Assembly (NCBI RefSeq): GCF_052425735.1
Contig: NC_135760.1
Location: 4,030,001 to 4,094,000 of the forward strand
DNA from: Oculina patagonica
Lineage: Eukaryota
DNA: 64,000 bases
Direction of reading: 5' to 3'
This document shows, piece after piece, positions 11,852-24,914 of this stretch (the first letter of the stretch is position 1; each line of letters starts with the position of its first letter). Below the pieces are notes generated by a model. The model did not search any database. It worked only from the letters and a program-made list of their open reading frames with translations, and was not told where the DNA came from. The position numbers and the translations under genes were made by a program.

Positions 11852-14800
11852 ATGGCGTCTGAGTTATCACGTATTCAAGTCCGTCAAAATGAGGTAAAAA
11901 TCACGATCTTCTTTATTTTGTTACCAGTGGCGTTTATACGCCAACTTTTCTAACGTTGAGAGTTTTTGAGTCAAACGAAATAAGATTTGAGTTTTCGAGT
12001 TATGACAGAAGTCACGTTTCCATTCACAAACAAGAATGTGTGAAACAATTGTCAATGACTCTAACGTGCTCGCCAGTTTCATTCACTACTTTTCCCCCGA
12101 ATTAAGGGCAAGATTTGAGGTTAAAGTTGTTTATATCAAGGATAATTTTTTTTATCGTCGACGATCGTATGTTTACGTAATTTACAAGAGTTGAATTATT
12201 ACTTGACGATTATTCGTTCTCGAATGTAGTACTTCTGAACGCGTGGTGTGGTTGTCTTAATTCTTTTTATAAATATTCAGTTTTTCAGTCATTCAGTTCG
12301 ACAAGTAGCTCAGGCCTTTACGATTTAACGGAGATCAGTTAATCGAAACTGAAATTCTAGTTGTTTTCAATTTTTACAAATTAAAATTGAATTTTCCTTG
12401 TTGGTGGAAACCGATTGATATAAAATGATGTAAGCTTAAGTCTTATGCCTTATTTAGTTCCTTTACTACGTGTAAAAGAACAATGTGCCTTTCAGCTTGT
12501 AGTAGGGTAAAAAAAAGATGAATGTTCCAAAATTCTAATTTAGTTCATTGCAAAGTGGTAACGATCAATTATTGTACACTATATTTTGTTTTGTTTTGAT
12601 AAACTGCAAAGTGGTGAAATTTAACACCTAGACCACCGTAAACGCTAACCAATATTTCTCATAAAGTAACCACATTTAGGAAATGTTTATAAATCAGTAT
12701 ACATTTAAACATCCAGTTAAAACCACTAGTGCTAATACTATTTAATTTGTAAGCCAGGAATGATAGATGTTGAGGTCAAGGGTCTTTTAATTTAATTTTG
12801 TCATTTCATTTCAGGGGTACTGTCAAAATTAAAGCCAAGACCTTCATTTTAAGATGGTCTTTTGTTACTTCTGAGCCAGAACAACTGCTGATGTAACTTT
12901 TAAGCTATTGTTCTGGTTCTCAAATAAGACAATTTTTTCCTGATATAAGTTTTACAAAGTTTAATTGGCTTTTTTCTTTCAGCATTGAAGGAAGAACTAC
13001 AGAAATTGAAGAATTCTGTTGTTATTCAATAAGTAAAAGAAATTTGATACCTTGTTGCATGACTGCTCACGAAACATAAGAAGATTACCTTTGCCCCCCT
13101 TTTATTATTTTGTTATTGGTTTTAAAAACTATATACATGGTCACTGCAGTCAAAGCCAGTTGGAGTTGATAGGGGGGGGGGGGGGTGAGTCTTGCAACTT
13201 TGATTGGCTGCGTTCAACCAATAGAAGAATGAAATAATACTTTGAGAGTGATTTGAGAGAATATTTTACTCTTTTCCCTCAGGTTCTACTTTTCAAGAAT
13301 GGTCAACCAGTTCTTAGAGTTGAACGAGGGACTACCTTGAGTGTCATCAAATTGCTTTATCAAGCTGACCCTAGGAACAAAGGAACAGTCATCGCACTTA
13401 GACCAGATACGAATGACCCTTTACCTTGTGTTTTAACACAAGACCAGTCTCCTCTTGAAGAGGCAAAATATGAAATAATCACACATGGTAAAATAATTTT
13501 GCACTTTTATTTAATTAATATTAGCTTGATCGTGGGAGGCGTGGTGGCCTAATGGTTAGCGTGCTTGACTCCCAGTCGAACGGCCCGGGTTCGAGCCCTG
13601 CTGGCCAGGGCACTACGTTGTGTTCTTGGGCAAGACACTTAACTCTCACAGTGCCTCTCTCCACCCGGGTGTATAAATGGGTACCAGCTAATTTATTGCT
13701 CGGGGGTAACCCTGCGATGGACTAGCATCCCATCCAGGGGGAATTGTAGCAATATGTTTCTCAATGTTCCCAGTCCGCTTAATGCTATGGAAACCGGGAT
13801 AAGCTCCGGCTGTACCCCTGGGCCACTTTTTAATCTCTGGGCTCGGACACAGACTTAACCTTAACTTGATCATGGCACTTCTAAAGGGTTATCGTAACCT
13901 GAAACAAATTTTGACATCATGTGATTAAGTTAGTTGGGAAGAACTTAACAGTTGACTAGAGATCACACAAAGTTTCAAGCCTACTTCCATTAAATTGTAA
14001 ATATTTTCCCCTTATAGACTTATTTTTTTTTATACCAGTGTTACTTTTTCTTCCTGACTAGAACCACCTTCAAACAATTCTACTCAACCAGCTGCCAGGG
14101 AAGCAACAAGCACCAGACAATCTGATGGAAAATCTTCAAACACGGCAAGGTTACCGTTCTCAAAAAATCCAGTTGATCCTTCTCAGGGGGCATCATCAGC
14201 TGTATCACAAGTGGGGCTCCCTTTTAGTCACGCAACACCTCTTACAGTAAGCATCTCACCAGAAGGTAATGCTAAAAGCTTGGCAAGTCACAGAGACAAC
14301 AGCAGTAGCTCATTGCTCTTGGCCAGAAGGAGCGATAGCTATTTTCCTTCACGTGCAAGCGTTCCTTCAGTATCTCGTCGCAAGAAAACAGCTCGGAAAT
14401 CTGTTTTCCCCCGGAAAGTCTCCCCAACCTCTAGTCCTAATCTCAGCCTTAACAGCAAGTCCACACATGGAATACACCCTCAAGGTAGAGAGATAATAAC
14501 TTACTCTGTAAGACGCACAGAAACTGTTGACTCGCCAGGCCTGTGTGACAGCACTGAAAATGGAAGTGTCAGACCTTCTATGGAGGAGACTGGAGAGGAA
14601 ATGGAATTGACAGCCCGACATAGTGAGAACTATCATGGCAGCGATGCTGTGTCAGCATTTTCAGTAGAGGATTCAGCAGGCTATGCTAACTTTCCAACCC
14701 TCGAAAGTTCTTCCACAAATGGTTCAAGTCCTGCCATTAGTGATGGGCATCCTGCTGTTATAGATATTCACAGCGACTCAAGGGAGACGAGTGGTGGGGA

Positions 14801-15716
14801 GAATGACTCAGATTCAAATTTTGTTAGTTCAGAGAACAGTCCTCCTCAAAGCCATCCAACTATGGTCCAGAGCTTGCATAGAAACAATAAACAAAGTTCG
14901 CACGTAGACAATGAAGAAACACGGTGTTCTCATTCACAAACACCAATAGTAGTCCTACAGAACACAGTTCAAGTCAAAACAGAACCTAATGAAGTCCTTC
15001 CCTTAACCAACAACCTCTCACCAGAACAAAATGACGAGGAAGGTAATCACGCTCATATGGATGTCAGTTCTGAAAGAGAAGGTAGAGATGCGATTTCTAC
15101 TGCAGAGAGCTTTTCTCTTAGTGAGCAACATGTCATGCCAACCAGTTCACAAGAAGGCCATCCCAACTCACGGCAAGTTCATCCAGGGCCCTCGCTGATG
15201 CCACGAGTTGTGAATGTTGTGGGTGCTTCTCCAGATCATGACGACCAAATGGATACCTCTCATCAACCTCACTCTGGCACACACTATATGGATTTAAAGG
15301 AGTATAGCTGTGATATATGTCAGAAACAGTTTGACTCTGCAAACTCTGTCATGCGTCACAAACGCTCACACACTGGGGATCGACCATACATCTGTAAAAT
15401 CTGTGGATGGGGCTTCAACTTAAGCGGCAACCTTAACCAGCATTTAGCGATTCACCAAAAGGTCAAGCCTTTCAAGTGTGTCTACTGTGGGAAGACTTTT
15501 GCACGCTCAAATGTGCTGAAGGCGCATGTGCGCTGCCACACAGGGGAGCGACCATTTCAGTGCCAACTTTGTGGAAGTAAATTTATCATTGGTCATAATT
15601 TGAAGAAACATATGGTGACCCGACACGGCATCACAGAAGATGATAGAATGTTCCCACAAACTGATGCCCCTGACGACAGTGGAAGGTCGTGTGATGATGA
15701 AAAGGTATCAACATAG
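11852..15716 (+). CDS. C2H2 zinc-finger protein, ~633 aa, 4 C-terminal fingers; exons 11852-11893, 13283-13487, 14062-15716
   Basis: In-phase GT-AG exons; long Ser-rich region; four C-x2-C-x12-H-x3/4-H fingers with HTGDRPY/HTGERPF linkers. Confidence 0.85.
13534..13865 (+). mobile_element. tRNA-derived SINE (CORE-like central region)
   Basis: A box TGGCCTAATGG, B box GGTTCGAGCCC, core GTTCTTGGGCAAGACACTTAACTCTCA, CTTAAC-type tail; flanks CTTGATC(G/A)TGG look like a TSD. Confidence 0.85.
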
Positions 15717-15952
15717 CAATAAGGATGAAAATATTGAGTATTACAATGTCACAATCATTAATAAAGTTTGTAAATATTGCGTTTTTCAGTGATATGCGAA
15801 CTCTGAAACTCAAAATCCAACTAAGGATTGGGTTTTTTGTAGCCATCAATCATAATTATGGTGACAGCCAACAAACCATGAAAAACAAAAACAAACAAAA
15901 AAGATCAAAATCTACCAATCACAACTGACAGATATATTGTTCTTTTGACCAT

Positions 15953-15984
<32 letters not shown>

Positions 15985-15999
15985 AGTAAGATAATAAAT

Positions 16000-16272
16000 A
16001 ATAAATAAATATCTTAATTGACCACTCCCCGAATGGGGCTTTTCAGGGCCAATGTAAACTTACTCTGAAACAAATATAATTGTAAATGAACATAACATGA
16101 TTAAGAATCCCAACTGGCAGGAGACAGACCAGTTGGCTATTTACAAGCATAGCCGAGGAGCTGAATTCAGGGCTACCGAAAACAACACCTGAGCTAGTGG
16201 TCAGAATGGGGCTTGAACCCGCGACCTCCGGATTTCAAGTCCGGCGCTCTAACCACTCGGCCACGCTGCCTC
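16000..16272 (-). mobile_element. tRNA-derived SINE (second family; partial copy at window end ~63930-64000)
   Basis: Minus strand GGGAGGCAGCGTGGCCGAGTGGTTAGAGCG...GGGTTCAAGCCC (A/B boxes), ending in a (TTTA)n-like tail. Confidence 0.75.
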
Positions 16273-18819
16273 CCGGTTGATGGTTGAGGATTGAATTTCA
16301 GAGTTTGCATATCACTGAAAACCACAAAATTATTATTATAACTATTTTTCTCAGGCATGCTTTGCTCAATAAACAGAACTAATGAAAAAAAAAAGAGTTA
16401 TTTAAACCAGAATGTGTTATGAAGACTCAAGATTAATACTCTAGGTGCTACATGAAAGTGCATGTAGTGTGCACTCATTGCTTTCATAATTTAGCTTTCA
16501 TATGAAAAGTCACACAGTGTACAGTAATTTCATTTTAACACTTCTGAGCTTGATGCAAGTGTCTACGATGGAGTGGGTTGGGGGGTGCTCATTTGGAGGG
16601 GTGCTTATTTTTGATTCAGAATTAAATTTTTTTATTACTGTGTCAAAAATTGAAAAAAAAAGCTATTTAAATTAGTTAAAGTTACAAAAAAATCCTTATT
16701 AAGGTTAACATTTTTAGTGGCTACTAATTTTAGCGATTTCTTTCAGAGCAAGATTTAGCGACTATTTACTGAGCGATTTTTCAACAAATTTAAAAAGTTA
16801 GTGATATTGTGTAAACAAGTTTTTAATGAGCACATGACTACGATGGAAATAAATGTTCAGTAAAAGAACAAACACACTTATAATAAAACAAACATTTGCA
16901 TTGACGGAAAGAACAAAGTTACACTCAACCATTTTTTAAAGAATTTTTCAAGTTGACTGTGTTAATTTTGTTTCCCTTTTTAGGGTGGGAGGGGAACTTA
17001 AATTTGATGAGTATTAAATTGACCGAGACAAATTTTAGCAAGTACAAAATTTAGCGAGTTTTGCCCAACTCGCTAAAGTCGCTCAAATTACCGGTAGTAG
17101 CCGCTAACACTAGTAACACACCTGTATAATGTACATTTTGTCATATCTTTTGACTTCTTGTTGTAAGTTTACTTCTTATCTGTATTGTAATTAATAATAA
17201 TTTTAAAAACTAAAAAATTGTAACAAACACTTCCTTTGTATTTAGTATTTATATTTACATGAACTTGTAACAATATAGTTGAGATCAAAATATAAATGTA
17301 TTTTATTTTAACAGAACATTTATTTTAACTTATTTTTAAAGACAAATGCAAGCAGATAAAGTGGCACCTTTCTTGCCTATTTAGAACAGAATGCTCAGTT
17401 ATGTGTTAACAAGAAGAGAGCTTTAATCTGAAATATATTACAAATTATTGAATTTGGTGACTTCAGGAAAATTTAAACCTAGTAGGACCAAAATAAGGAA
17501 AATTCCTGTTTTTTCCAAGTAAAATAAACATATTAAACAAAAACAGGTTACTGTATCATTCTATGGTTGACTTAAAAATTAAAATTTGACAACAAAATAT
17601 TCCTCAAATACGATGAACAACATGTTCATGTAATTTAAATACTATTGACCAAATATTTTTCCTTTATATTGAAGTTCACCAGACTTTGCCACTTGAGAAA
17701 GTTTTATTAAATAAATGTTTATTGATATTAATAATTTAGTCTACCGGACGTTGAAATCTAAGAAGTTTGCAAATGCTCACACATATTAACACAGTTGAAT
17801 CCAGATAACTGGAACCTTTGAGGGGACTCAAAAACATTTGCGATACCCATGGGTTCGAGTTAATCAAGAGTAAAATTGGTATGAAAATAACCTGGAGGGA
17901 AATTGAATAGGTTTTAAGTTTGTGGGAGGTTTGAGTTATCAAGGGTTCAATGGTCTTTAATCAGTCGCAGCATGTATAGTATTTTTTTCATGACTTGTAT
18001 TTTTAATTAATTTTTTGTTTCCGTGTAAAATAAGCTTTTAATTGAACATTATTTTTTCAGGGCTAATATACTTTTGGACATAATGATAGTTGCTGTAATG
18101 AAAAGCTCCCCTGTCGTGTAGGACATGTGTTATTCTACAAAAAAGAAGCTATTTTTCCATCGACATTGCTGTCCACAAGTTTCATATATTTTGCTATATT
18201 TATTGCAGTAATTCATAATGAACCAGGAAAAACACATAATGTCACATTGAAATAGATTTGTTAAGTAATATAAAGGAAGAGCTACATGTATTACAAATAA
18301 AATGATTACATTTAAGGCTATTTATTGTTATTCATTTCTGTTCTAATGAGCCAATCATAAGCAACTTACTGTGCCGCAGCATTTTATGCTATTTGCTGCA
18401 CCTGGGAAGGGGTAGGGGAGTGGTGGGGGGAGGGGGGAGAGGAAAGGAGGGAGGGGGTGCACCAATTGGTAGTTTAAGTGGTATCCCTGCTGAGGCCTTC
18501 CAACCCTGACTATATTTAAGAAACATATAATTCATTTTTACAACCCCATATAAGACAAGATGTCTTACTTTTGAGAGGACAATCACATGCTGTTTTCAAG
18601 ACTAAAGTAACAAAAAAATCACAACAGCCTTTCTCCTGAAAAATATCTGGACAGATACCCTGTTTAACATACTAAATAGTGAAATGGTATACTTTGTTTA
18701 GGACAAGGGAACCTGACATCAGTAGCCTGTTCAGCCACAAGTCCCTGTTTAGGCAAACTGATTGAGGAAGTGCTCCCTCCCCCCTCCTCCTGGCCCACTG
18801 AGGTAGAGGAGTACAAGTC

Positions 18820-19139
18820 ATTCTCATCCCCAGAGCTGTCTGTCCCTCTAAGCCGGCTGAGCCTGGGGCACGAGGAACAAGTGGCTTTGGGGACACATGA
18901 TTTGATTGGCCAGATATTAAACAAAGGAAATTTAAATTTAGCAAATCAAATCAACCATTTTTTAAATTATCTCTTGTTATAGGGGATTTTACTACGGTTG
19001 ATTTGATGGGCTACATTTAAATTCTCTTTTTTAAAAGTCTAGCCATTTCAAATCACGTGTCCTCAGATCAGAGCCACTTGTTCCTCGTGCCCCAGGCTCA
19101 GCCTGCTAAGAGTGACAAGCGGCTCTGGCAACGAGAATG
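18820..19139. repeat. Palindromic MITE-like repeat
   Basis: Inverted arms GGCTGAGCCTGGGGCACGAGGAACAAGTGGCT / AGCCACTTGTTCCTCGTGCCCAGGCTCAGCC. Confidence 0.6.
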
Positions 19140-19173
19140 GAAAAGAAGTAATACTTGTAAATGCTTTCTCTAT

Positions 19174-19374
19174 CAGGGTCGTAACAAGGTATATGGGATC
19201 ACGGATCACAGCCCGGGACGGGATCAGGACCCGGGATCCCGGGCACAAGCAGGGACCGGACGGCCAACAGATGGGAGAATGGAACAGGGACAAATGTGCC
19301 ACATTTTAGGGATCAGGAACAAAATTAGAGCAAAATGGGACAGCGACGAAAAAATATACCTGGTTACGACCCTG
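19174..19374. mobile_element. hAT-like MITE with 6-bp TSD
   Basis: TIRs CAGGGTCGTAACAAGGTATAT / ATATACCTGGTTACGACCCTG; CTCTAT duplicated at 19168-19173 and 19375-19380. Confidence 0.75.
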
Positions 19375-20026
19375 CTCTATGGTTATTTTTTCAATACATG
19401 TTATGCATGTCAATTAGTTATGAATACTCAAGATGCAACATTTACAGTAAAGGATCAATATATTTTCACGAGCATGCATAGATGAGCCGAATTTATTTTG
19501 TAGACTCCTAACTGAAAAGTCTCTCTTGCTCGCCCCAGATCCTTTTCGAAAAATACGCTAAAAAAGGACCGCTTTGCAGTCTTGTAATTGGCCTTACAAA
19601 GAAGGATTTTATACTGCCGTGTTGTTAATACGTACTTTTAACCAATGAATACATATAGGATTTTTAATTGCAAGAATTAAAAATTAAAAATAGAAAAAGA
19701 ATAGGTTGATACAGTACAAAATTAATTCTCGAAGCTTTGTACGTACCCGGCGCTTTAATAATTCTTCCTTTGCCTCGCCATTTCACTCGCGATTTGGAAG
19801 TTTAGTCTCATAAAGTCTTGTCTGAACCTATCTTCAATAGCTTCTCTTGCATTTCTAGCCATGGTAAACACTTACAGTCTGTAATTCAGCGGGATATTAA
19901 TACCTGTCTTGCTCCAAAGGTTATTGAAATGTTCAACCCCGCCGGAAAAGAATGATTGTGGGCGCCAGGGATTAGGGATTGCACGTGACCGTGCGAGAAA
20001 AGGGCGTCATGCAGGGTATGATGGGT

Positions 20027-21332
20027 CACAGGCGGCCCAAGCTCTCTATCAGATTACCTTTGGACGTGACTCTTGCTTACGAGCGGTGTTGTGTTACAAA
20101 GATTCGAATTATAAGGGTTTGTATGGGAAACAACGGTTTTGCTTTAAAAGTAAAAAAAAATGTATATTTTGTGAATAAAGTTGACTTACCCTGATTCGTT
20201 GTTTCATTCTTTGTTGTCTGCCAGCTTTTCAGGTCGATCCAACGCGTTTTCGGCGAGTTATCGTTATTTAGGTGTTCCACTGCTAAAATAAAGACAAGGC
20301 TGTACACTGATTTCCGGAGTGCCCGCCGCTCGAAGCGAATAAATCCTCTGAAATTAGTCCTGTCGACCCATATTCCTCCGCAGAATCAAAGAAGAGATGT
20401 TGAAGTTCCATGTCTGTTCACTTGATTCGCAATTCTGCGCTCAAACGCCTTCGCTACGAAAGCTTTTTTCCGAGATTGCTTCGCTTCACAAATTCGAAAT
20501 AGCCGCGTCCAAACTGGCGTGGACGTTCTCGCGGCTCGCATAGCATGTTGGGTGACTATAATTAACCCGACGGGGGTGGACAGCATCGATTTGTCGACAG
20601 CCAATCCAGAATGCACCCAGGGTCCCCACGTGCTTTATTTGTCAACCCACGGCGAGGCGCTTTGTTTTCGTCGACCAATCAAAATCGCGCCGAGTCGTGT
20701 TTACAAAATTAAAAAAATAACGGCATAGAAAACGTATTTTCACCTGAGGAATCTATCGATCAGTGCGAAAAAGCGATCCATTCCGAAGCGATGACTTCTT
20801 CATCGTGGCACTGGAAGACATGGTAGGTTAAACTGTTTTCTTAACGCAAAAATTTATCCACAAAGCTGACGCTTACGGCTTTTGATCACATAGAAAAGTG
20901 AAATCTAATTATGAACATCGGTCACGTATCTTGTAGGTTGTTATCAAACTTCGAGCACTGCGAAGGAAAATTGTTAGCAGTTAGAGAGTTACTTGCCGAC
21001 GGAGAGAAGTTGAAAGAGAACGTTCCCTGTAAGGCAAGTTCGTCTTTGTTCGGCCTTTTCATAAAGCAGATTTGGGGCGAAAAAGTAAAGCTGGTAAAAC
21101 GCGGTTCGTCGAAGCAAGGACGACAAAATTTCTACCTTGGACTCGCAAGGAAATCCCCAACAACGACAGAAGAAAATCAACCCATCGCCGAGACACCGTT
21201 AAAACCCGGATGGCATTTGCTGAATGATCAAGGAGGACATTTATCGTTCGTAAGATATGAGCCCTGGTCATTCCGCAAACAGAGAGTTGTAACAGAGGTA
21301 AGGGTGGCAGACTCTGTCTCTCTGACATCACA
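20027..21332 (+). repeat. Left TIR (1306 bp) of the P-like element
   Basis: Reverse complement of 26684-27988; I noticed only 3 substitutions and one 1-bp indel by eye. Confidence 0.95.
20530..20700 (+). promoter_or_regulatory. Putative transposase promoter inside the TIR (mirrored at ~27315-27485)
   Basis: CpG-rich; ZNF143/SBS-like GCATGTTGGGTGA, two CCAAT boxes (AGCCAATC, GACCAATC) and E-box CACGTG just upstream of ATG 20791. Confidence 0.45.
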
Positions 21333-24300
21333 TGGATGCCAAATCGACCTGACAAACTTCTTTAAACAAGAGTGTTTGGAGAAATTGCCAACAAGTAAGC
21401 GGATTGAAATTATTTTAACTTTCGTTGATACTTCTAATTTGTGCCTTGGGGTTCCCATCAAAGAAGGAGAAGTGTCAAGTACAATAATCCCCCATGAAAG
21501 TGGTGATTTGGCAACAACTGAAGCTACAGAACGCAGGGCTTTTTCTTCAAACTGCTCAGTACTTGCTAGTGCTGGGCAGTGTTGCTCCAACTGCAAGAAC
21601 CTGCAGCACTTGGAAAAAAAAAGAGAGAAAAGAAAACTCGCAAGCAATGGTCCCAGTCCCTTCACCAACAAGCGCTACCTTTCAAAGGACGAAGTTGCAA
21701 AGCAACTGAAAATAGAAAGGCAAGCAAGGATTAACGCAGAGCGAAGAGAAACGTACTGGAGGGAAAAGTTTGAGGCACAATGTATCGAAATGGAGAAAGA
21801 TGACCACACAGATCTGTGCAAGATGTTTGAAGATGTTGGTGATCACGTGCCTGAAAGTATGACCAGCCTATGGGAACAGCAACAGAATCTACTGAAATGC
21901 AAAAGTAAAAATGCATACCGATGGCATCCAAAGTATGTAACATTTCTCGCATGTTCTTAAAATCTCAATAGGTCACAATATAGCAATCATCATGCTAGTT
22001 TTTAATAACATAGAATATTTCATTGCTAGTCATGCAAGCCTCTCAATATCAACACCCCCTCCCATCCCTTCTCTTCCTCAACACACAAGCACTTTATTGA
22101 ACCCCTTGTCATATATCTGTCAATATTTAATGATTTACGTCCATGTTGTATTTATTTACAGGATCATGAGATTATGCCTGGATCTTTACTGCAAAAACCC
22201 CTATGTGCTTGATCCACTACGTCAATTCATTATTCTACCAAGCAATAAGACAATAAGGTGAGGAACACTAAATTATACACATGGAAATGCATATTACACA
22301 TTTTTAATATCAAAAATAAAGTGACTACTATACATGCTCATGATCATCCAGAAGTACCTTGTTGTGCATGCAAATACTTCATGCTGCTTAGTAACTTCAG
22401 GAATTAACATCATAAAAGTAATCCGAAATATTAATGTTGTGGTTTTTGCATGAACTGTAACAATTAATTCCCAAACTTTAATTATCCCTTACAGTGAAAT
22501 GTTTATAAAACTAAACCTAAACTTCTAACTTCTACACTATTCTTTAATTACAGAATGTATAAGAACAAGGTTAAAGAGACTCCGGGGTGGAATGAAGAGG
22601 TACTCATGTGGTGCTTGAATGCTGCCAAAGAAAATGGCTTGAAGCCAGGAGATTTCATGGGTGGTTTTGCAATTGATGAGATGAAGATCCAGGTAAATAT
22701 GTTACAGTCTTGTAATGTACAACATTAGATAAAAAGTGATAAAAGTTAAAAATTTTTTTTATCCCTTTCAATTTTTTATCCATAGGAGAACCTAGGGATG
22801 ACATCTGAAAATGGGAAGCATAAGCTTGTGGGCTTTGTTGACCTTGGGATAGGTCATGATATCATGAGAACTTTGTCAGGTACATACTAGTGTTGTTTCA
22901 TACAACCTCTTTACTCCCCTTTATAAAAGGAATAGAAATTACTTAGGTTGGGGGTTCTCCAGACCAAAAATTTGAAATAAAAGTATACAGTTTAACTGGA
23001 ATTTTCAGAGGAGTAGGGATTCTTATTGAAAATTCCTTCTGTGGGGGAGGTTTGGAAATTGTGTTATTCCAGAAAATATCCATATCCCTCCCACGGAAGG
23101 TTTTTTGGTTTTAATACCCCACCCCTCTGGAAATTCCAGATAAGCTCCATACTTCCCTTTAAAAATTTAAGCTTTCAAGACCCCTCACCACCTCAGAATT
23201 TCCAATGACCTTCCATGAGGTGGGTATGGATATTTTCTGAAACTGCACATTTGATGGAACTACACATTTACAAAATTCAATATTTAAACAATTTTCATTT
23301 TCCTGTCATTTTCAAAACTTGACATGTGTATAAAATTAAAATCTACCTGACTTTGAACTAAGTATTTTGCCCGTACATTATATTATTTTCAATAAAGTAT
23401 TGTCAGTACTTTTATTCTTTAACATATCATTTGTAGGTGAGGACAGTGAACCAGAACTTGCAACACATGTGCTACAATTTGTTTTCCTGAGTGATGGTGG
23501 CTTCAGGTTTCCGATTGCGCAATGGCCATCGGCAAACTGCACTCCCAGCGATCTATACCATCTGTTCTGGGAGGGAGTCCTGAAGATGTTAGAAATAGGA
23601 TTTGAGTAAGTGGATATTAAGTTAGGTATTCAGTTATGACTCTATACAATTCAAAAAGTATCATTATAGGGTAAAAAATGTGCATACAAAGCTAAACTAC
23701 ATAAAGAATTTGCTGGGTACAGTGCTGCTGCAGTGCCCCCACTCCTTTATAGTCTATTTCTAGCCCTTTTTTTTTTGGGGGGGGGGGGGGTTGTCACTCA
23801 TATAGCTTGAGTTGACAAATATTTAGTGCCTGCTTACGATAAAAAAGACTGGGTGTTTAAAAGCTCAACTGGTTAGAACAGTCTACATAAAGGGTTTAAA
23901 AATTAAAGATGAATCAATGTTAATTGTGAGTCTTTATTTCTTACGATAAAAAAGACTGGGTGTTTAAAAGCTCAACTGGTTAGAACAGTCTACATAAAGG
24001 GTTTAAAAATTAAAGATGAATCAATGTTAATTGTGAGTCTTTATTTCTAACTTAGGATATACTGGTGTGTGCTTGATGGGGCAGACTGCAACAGGCAGTT
24101 CATTAAAATTCATTTTAAGGGCAAGGACCCTGCTGATAGCAAGTTTATGACCACCAATATATACACCGGATGCCCGATGATATTTATCATGGACCCAAAG
24201 GTAGTCTATCATTAAAATTGAGTCTTGTTATTGTATCAGCCCAATCTTAAAGTGCTCATTGTAGAACACTAGGACACTTATTCATTCGTCTGTTCATTTG

Positions 24301-24914
24301 TTTTTTCGTTCATTTTTGAATCCATCCATCCATCCATTCACTTAATCTTTTGGGTATTCTATCAGCCCATGGCCAGCAGTCAGTCTGCTTGTAGTTATTT
24401 ATTTATTCATCCATTCATTCATTCTTCGTTGTTTCATCCATTCATACACCAATGCATTAATAAATTTTTTTGGTCAGGGAGGGGTGGAAAAGGGGATAAT
24501 TTAGGCTGAAAAAGATCATGTACACCGCTTTATAAAATCAAAATTTTTCTTATGTTTACCCCTTACAATACTGTCAAGTCTTCAATCAATAAACAATCTC
24601 AGTTATTAATATTAAAACAGCTTAAGTCTTTTTTGCAGTAACACCTTTTATATATTCAACAGCATAACATTAAGAAAATCTGGAATAACATCTACAAGAG
24701 CAACAAGACTGGAAACCCAAGATGCCTCAAAATCGGAGAAAAGCCAATCACCTGGAAGCAGTTTAGAAGTGCCTTTGACTGGGACCAGCAGAGCTTCTCG
24801 CTCCCACTGCACGAGAAATTAACCCAGCAGCATTTAAACCTTGATTCAGCAAGCATCATGAGAAACAAGCTTGCAGAAGATGTATTAGATGCCAAGATGT
24901 TATTTTTAATGCAG
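20791..24914 (+). CDS. P-element-type transposase, C-terminally truncated (641 codons over 8 exons: 20791-20822, 20937-21932, 22162-22257, 22554-22692, 22786-22879, 23437-23605, 24056-24200, 24663-24914), with an N-terminal RFX-like winged helix
   Basis: All junctions GT-AG and in phase. Motifs YRWHPKIMRLCLDL..LPSNKTIR, IDEMKIQ (first catalytic D), VGFVDLG, ATHVLQF, LDGADCNR (second D), MDPKHNIKKIWNN (D-x2-H), KLTQQH..MRNKLA. No exon with the catalytic E found downstream. Confidence 0.85.
23834..24047 (+). repeat. Exact tandem duplication, 2 x 107 bp, in transposase intron 6
   Basis: TTACGATAAAAAAGACTGGG...GTCTTTATTTC occurs at 23834-23940 and 23941-24047. Confidence 0.9.

Noticed and set aside
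13534-13610. tRNA gene (also 16200-16272, 38670-38735, 44570-44650)
   Set aside because: A/B boxes are present but continue into shared SINE bodies and tails without a proper acceptor stem, so these are SINE heads
19747-19862. Possible minus-strand first exon MARNAREAIEDRFRQDF.. with a CGG|GTACGT donor
   Set aside because: The ATG frame stops before the donor and no downstream exons were found; at most a decayed exon
20911-21960. ORF-track 349-aa stand-alone protein and its 159-aa mirror at 26626-27105
   Set aside because: These are exon 2 of the spliced transposase plus intron read-through, and its TIR copy
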